Shown piece after piece: positions 59,758 to 64,000 of a stretch of DNA of 64,000 nt; position 1 is the first letter of the stretch; each line of letters begins with the position of its first letter. A program made the translations under genes and the position numbers. The notes under the pieces were generated by a model, which ran no database searches, was not told the origin of the DNA, and worked only from the letters and a program-made list of their open reading frames with translations. The stretch comes from Candidatus Latescibacterota bacterium. Lineage in GTDB: Bacteria; Latescibacterota; UBA2968; GCA-2709665. The stretch covers positions 928,001 to 992,000 of the forward strand of contig OZ220733.1 in NCBI GenBank assembly GCA_965116875.1, given 5' to 3'.

Positions 59758-59837
59758 TTTGAATAATTATTCTTGACTTTTGATTTTTTTTGCGTTATTT
59801 TTAGAATATTATCCGGTAAATTGGAATAAAATTCCAT
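59758..59837 (+). promoter_or_regulatory. arg operon promoter with ARG boxes
   Basis: TTTGAATAATTATTCTTG and TTGGAATAAAATTCCAT resemble the ArgR operator; TTGACT-17-TATTTT. Confidence 0.7.
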
Positions 59838-60300
59838 GGGCAACAAACAGGAACGTCAACGGCGTATTCTAAGCGTCATCGCATCCCGTTCAATCGGGAC
59901 GCAGAAGGCATTGTCCGATGCGCTCAGCGCCTCCGGAATTCCCACCACACAGTCCACGCTCTCGAAGGACCTGAAACAACTGGGTATCGTGAAGGCGCCC
60001 GACGGCGCGGGAGGTCTCCGCTATCAGGCGCCTGCAGGCGAATCCCGACGCTATGGCAGTGGATCGGATCTGCTCGCGAGAGAATTGCGGGATTTCGTCG
60101 TAGAAACGGGTGGAGCCGGGCATACGCTCGTGTTGAAGACGATGACCGGACATGCGCAGGGTGTGTGCGAAGCGATCGACCGTGCGGGATGGACCGAGGT
60201 TGTGGGAACGATCGCCGGGGAGAATACGATATTCATCCTGTGCCAATCCGTGGAAAAACGGGAATTGCTGAAAGAGCGGATCCTTGAGATTTCCCAATGA
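59836..60300 (+). CDS. argR: Arginine repressor
   Basis: RQ..I, TQ..L, TQSTLSKDLKQLG, GTIAGENT. Confidence 0.93.
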   Translation: MGNKQERQRRILSVIASRSIGTQKALSDALSASGIPTTQSTLSKDLKQLGIVKAPDGAGGLRYQAPAGESRRYGSGSDLLARELRDFVVETGGAGHTLVLKTMTGHAQGVCEAIDRAGWTEVVGTIAGENTIFILCQSVEKRELLKERILEISQ

Positions 60301-60459
60301 TCGGGCCGGAAGGGTCAATCGCATGGCAGGCGATGCGGCGATACGGATGACGGCGACGTCAAAAATACAGGCAGCGAAGTACGAAGCGCTGCCGCGGCCG
60401 AATGTTTCGGGACCTCCCAACCGGGAGGGCATCCCCGGCGGACCCGTGGGAGGGCGCCC

Positions 60460-61407
60460 GTGGCTTTGAACGTCGGCATTTTCGGCGATACCGGGATGGT
60501 CGGCCAGGAGATCGAACGGGTACTGGCGCATCACGATCGGGCCGAGGTCGGCTTCCGGCAGAATTCCAGGCGCAGGGAAGGCGCCCTGGACGAGTGCGAA
60601 GTCGTATTCCTGGCCACCAAAGACCCTGAATCGATGCAGTTCGCGCCGCAGGCGCTGGACGCGGGCGCAAGGGTTATCGATATGAGCGGTGCTTTCCGAT
60701 TGCCGAGGCGGCTTTTCGAAGCCGGATACGGGCTGGACCACCTGGCGCCGGAGCTTCTTGAAGAGGCGGTCTACGGACTGCCCGCGCTGTTTGCCGACCG
60801 GATTTCCGGCGCGCGGCTGGTCGGTAATCCCGGCTGCTATCCGACCACTGTAATCCTGTCGTTGAATCCGTTGAAGGGAATGGTGCAGGGGGAAGCGACG
60901 GTCGTGGCGACGTCGGGGATTTCCGGCGCCCGCCGGGAGGTGGAACAGGAGCCCGACGAGGTAACCTACAGTTTCGGCAGGCATCACAAACATGTTCCGG
61001 AGATGGAATACTATTCCGGTTTTCGCGTGAACTTCACGCCCATCGTTCTGCGTTCCGTATTCGCGGGCATCAATGCCAACATTCGGATCGAACTGGCCGA
61101 CAGGCTCAAGACGGTACCGGCGCACGAGGCCGGGAGGCAGCTGATCGAGGCGATCGCGTCCGCGTATACGAATGAGGATCTTGTCTTTCCGGTGGAGGAT
61201 TCGGAGGACAAACAGTGGGGCACGCGCGACGTCGTGGGAACGCACAAGCTGGCGATCAAGGTGCGAGTAGACGACGGGTATGCCTATATCTGCGCCATGG
61301 AAGACAACCTGGGCAAGGGCGCGGCCAGCCAGGCGATCGAGAATATGAACCTGATGTTCGGGATACCCAGACTCTGCGGAATTGACGGCGTTTACAGTAC
61401 GGGCTGA
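60460..61407 (+). CDS. argC: N-acetyl-gamma-glutamyl-phosphate reductase
   Basis: IDMSGAFRL, YGLP, NPGCYPT, SGISGA, H.HVPE, DNLGKGAA. Confidence 0.9.
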   Translation: MALNVGIFGDTGMVGQEIERVLAHHDRAEVGFRQNSRRREGALDECEVVFLATKDPESMQFAPQALDAGARVIDMSGAFRLPRRLFEAGYGLDHLAPELLEEAVYGLPALFADRISGARLVGNPGCYPTTVILSLNPLKGMVQGEATVVATSGISGARREVEQEPDEVTYSFGRHHKHVPEMEYYSGFRVNFTPIVLRSVFAGINANIRIELADRLKTVPAHEAGRQLIEAIASAYTNEDLVFPVEDSEDKQWGTRDVVGTHKLAIKVRVDDGYAYICAMEDNLGKGAASQAIENMNLMFGIPRLCGIDGVYSTG

Positions 61408-61460
61408 ACCGTCGGCGGGCACGGACGGGCCACAGCCGTCCGGCAATGCGGGATTGTGCG

Positions 61461-62339
61461 ATGGAGCAATTCATTCAGAAAGCCGCCACGCTGGTGGAGG
61501 CATTTCCCTACATCCGCTCGTTTCGGGACAAGATCGTCGTTGTGAAATATGGAGGCAGTACACAGCCTGACGACGGCGGTTCGGACACGATTCTCGCGGA
61601 TCTGGTCTTCATGGAAACGGTAGGAATGCGGCCGGTGGTCGTGCATGGCGGCGGCAAGGAAATCAGCAGGCGCCTGCAGGAAGCCGGACTGGAATCCAGA
61701 TGGATCCACGGATTGCGCATAACGGACGCGGATTCGATGCAGGTGGTGGAAGAGACACTGTTCGGTGTGGTAAACAGACGGATTGTGGAGGGAATACGGG
61801 CGCTTGACGGTTGCGCGCACGGGATGTCCGCCAAGGAAGCCGGCGTGATGCACGTACGCAAACATTTCGCACAGGCAACGTCCGATGGAAAGCAGGTGGA
61901 TATCGGGTTTGTGGGCGACGTGCACCGGGTGGACCCGGAACCGATCCGCAAGGTTTGCGAAAAGGAGACGATTCCTGTGATCGCGCCGATCGGCCTGGGT
62001 CCCGACGGCAGGAGTTACAACGTGAACGCGGATACGGCGGCGGGGGAAATCGCGCGGACGCTTGAGGCGGAGAAACTCGTTTTTCTGACGGACGTAAACG
62101 GCATATTGAGTGACAGCGCCGATCCGGAATCCAGGATATCCACATTGCACGTCAATGACGTGGAAGGGATGATCCGGGTCGGTACGGCAAAGGGCGGGAT
62201 GATTCCGAAGCTTCAGGCTTGCGTGCGTTCGGTGAGAGGGGGCGTAAACAAGACGCACATTATAGATGGACGCGTTCCGCACGCCTTGCTGCTCGAAGTC
62301 TTTACGCGTGAGGGGATTGGCACCGAGATTGTCCAATGA
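61461..62339 (+). CDS. argB: Acetylglutamate kinase
   Basis: VVKYGG, VHGGG, GLRITD, NVNAD, GGMIPK, HIIDGR. Confidence 0.95.
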   Translation: MEQFIQKAATLVEAFPYIRSFRDKIVVVKYGGSTQPDDGGSDTILADLVFMETVGMRPVVVHGGGKEISRRLQEAGLESRWIHGLRITDADSMQVVEETLFGVVNRRIVEGIRALDGCAHGMSAKEAGVMHVRKHFAQATSDGKQVDIGFVGDVHRVDPEPIRKVCEKETIPVIAPIGLGPDGRSYNVNADTAAGEIARTLEAEKLVFLTDVNGILSDSADPESRISTLHVNDVEGMIRVGTAKGGMIPKLQACVRSVRGGVNKTHIIDGRVPHALLLEVFTREGIGTEIVQ

Positions 62340-62391
62340 AGCATCACACGGATCAGGTTGCGGTTCTGGAACCCAAAAACCCGGGGAGTGG

Positions 62392-63591
62392 ATGATGGAC
62401 ACGAAAGAAATAATCGAACTCGAGCAGAACTACATTCTACAGACCTACGCGCGGCCCGAATTTGTCCTGGAACGGGGAGACGGGGTGCATCTGTTCGACA
62501 CCGACGGTAGACAGTATCTGGATTTTGTGAGCGGGTTGTCCGTGAATGCGCTGGGATACAACAACCCGACCATTGGCGACGCGATCTCCGCCCAGGCGCG
62601 GAAGCTGATCCACGTCTCAAACCTGTACCATACCATTCCCGCGCCACGGCTGGCGCAATTGCTGTGCGACCGTTCCTTCGCGGATCGTGTATTTTTCTGC
62701 AACAGCGGAACCGAGTCCTGGGAAGCCGCGCTGAAGTTCGCGCGAAAATGGGGGTACAGAAATTTCGAGGATCGTGCGAAGTACAAGTTCATTGCGATGA
62801 ACAACTCGTTTCACGGACGCACGATGGGGTCGGTCTCCACGACAGGTCAGCCAAAGTACCACAAGGGCTTCGGACCCTTGCTGCCCGGAGTCTCGTTCGC
62901 GGAATTCAACAGTCTCGAATCGGTGGAGCGGTTGGTGGATGCGGAGACGGTAGCGGTAATTCTGGAGCCGCTCCAGGCCGAGGGCGGCATTCATTCGGGG
63001 GATCCATCGTTTATCGAAGGGCTGCGGCAGTTGTGCGACGAGATGAAAATGCTGCTTGTGTTCGACGAGATCCAGTCCGGACTCTGCAGGACCGGGGCCC
63101 TGTTCTGTTACGAGTACTACGGCGTAGCACCGGACATGATGACGCTGGCCAAGCCCCTGGCCGGAGGCCTGCCGATCGGCGCGACGCTGATGAGCCAGGA
63201 CGTTGCCGATGCCGTGGAGCCCAGCGACCACGCGGCTACGTTCGGGGCGCATCCGGTCAGTTGCGCCGTGGGCATCGAGGTCTTCAAGCAACTCTCGGAC
63301 CCGGGATTCATCGCGTCCGTAAGGGCGAACGGCGACCACCTGAATGGCCGGCTGAACGCGCTGAAGGAAAGGCACCCGGACAAAATCACGGAGGTCCGCG
63401 GAAGGGGGTTGATCGCGGGAGCGGTGTTGGCCGGCGATCCGGCCGCTGACGTGATGGACGCTTTCCGTGAGCGGGGAATCCTGGTATGTATGGCGGGCCC
63501 CGACGTGGTGCGTTTTCTGCCGCCCCTGGTGGTGGACCAGGCGAATATCGACCACGTCATGGACGTGTTTGACGAAATCCTGAAAAGTTAG
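62392..63591 (+). CDS. argD: Acetylornithine aminotransferase
   Basis: YLDF.SG, NSGTE, FHGRT, EPLQAEGG, DEIQSG, TLAKPLAGG; operon context. Confidence 0.92.
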   Translation: MMDTKEIIELEQNYILQTYARPEFVLERGDGVHLFDTDGRQYLDFVSGLSVNALGYNNPTIGDAISAQARKLIHVSNLYHTIPAPRLAQLLCDRSFADRVFFCNSGTESWEAALKFARKWGYRNFEDRAKYKFIAMNNSFHGRTMGSVSTTGQPKYHKGFGPLLPGVSFAEFNSLESVERLVDAETVAVILEPLQAEGGIHSGDPSFIEGLRQLCDEMKMLLVFDEIQSGLCRTGALFCYEYYGVAPDMMTLAKPLAGGLPIGATLMSQDVADAVEPSDHAATFGAHPVSCAVGIEVFKQLSDPGFIASVRANGDHLNGRLNALKERHPDKITEVRGRGLIAGAVLAGDPAADVMDAFRERGILVCMAGPDVVRFLPPLVVDQANIDHVMDVFDEILKS

Positions 63592-63621
63592 CTGGCGTAC
63601 GAGGGGAAAGGAGCGTCTGGA

Positions 63622-64000
63622 ATGAAATTGGCGGACATTCGGGGAAAGCGGATTGCGCTGGCGGCGTCCGGCGGGCTTGACAGCTGTACAGTTACGCGTT
63701 GGCTTGCCGACCAGGGGGTGGAGGTGGTGAGCATAACGGCCGATATCGGGCAGCCGGACGAGGACGATATCGAGGACGTCGGCCGGCGGATGCTGGCCTG
63801 CGGGGCCGTGGATTCGGTAATCCTGGACCTGAAGTCGGACCTGGCCGAGGAGGCCATCACGATGCTCCTCGCCAATGCCGTCTACGAAGGCGGGTACTGG
63901 AACACGACCGGTCTTGCCCGGCACGTGACCGCGAAGGGGATCCTGGAGGAGATGCGGATTCGTGATATCGACGTACTCGCGCACGGCGCCACGGGCCGCG
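63622..64000 (+). CDS. argG: Argininosuccinate synthase, N-terminal part; runs off the right edge
   Basis: Manual translation from ATG 63622 (AAGGAG RBS): IALAASGGLDS, ADIGQP, YEGGY...LAR, AHGATGR. Confidence 0.9.
   Translation, partial: MKLADIRGKRIALAASGGLDSCTVTRWLADQGVEVVSITADIGQPDEDDIEDVGRRMLACGAVDSVILDLKSDLAEEAITMLLANAVYEGGYWNTTGLARHVTAKGILEEMRIRDIDVLAHGATGR

Overview
High-GC bacterial chromosome segment; I cannot assign the taxon from sequence alone. It is mostly housekeeping and catabolic genes: M16 peptidase, a frdABCD-type operon, fumC with a divergent LysR, NDP-sugar genes, meaB plus a B12-binding subunit, an ABC exporter, nfeD-floA, a heparinase II/III-like catabolic cluster, S9 peptidase and argR-C-B-D-G. 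There are two tRNAs (Leu-CAA, Met-CAT). A visibly lower-GC accessory island (~26.4-39.5 kb) lies mostly 3' of tRNA-Leu. It carries a Shango-type anti-phage locus (TerB-like, DUF2791-type ATPase, Lhr-like helicase) whose first gene is frameshifted. A fourth gene, coupled by an ATGA overlap, encodes an HNH-like nuclease with a membrane anchor. The island also has an AAA_14/DUF4143 ATPase, a truncated orphan antitoxin, a pentapeptide-FRG fusion and a retropepsin two-gene module. Other notable items are a secreted protein with two apparently dead protease domains, a probable GDP-colitose (ColD/ColC-like) module, a short NfeD copy conserved at the protein level, and many MITE/REP-like short repeats, some nested. 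No CRISPR array, integrase or intact transposase was seen. All family calls come from motif recognition by eye, not database searches.
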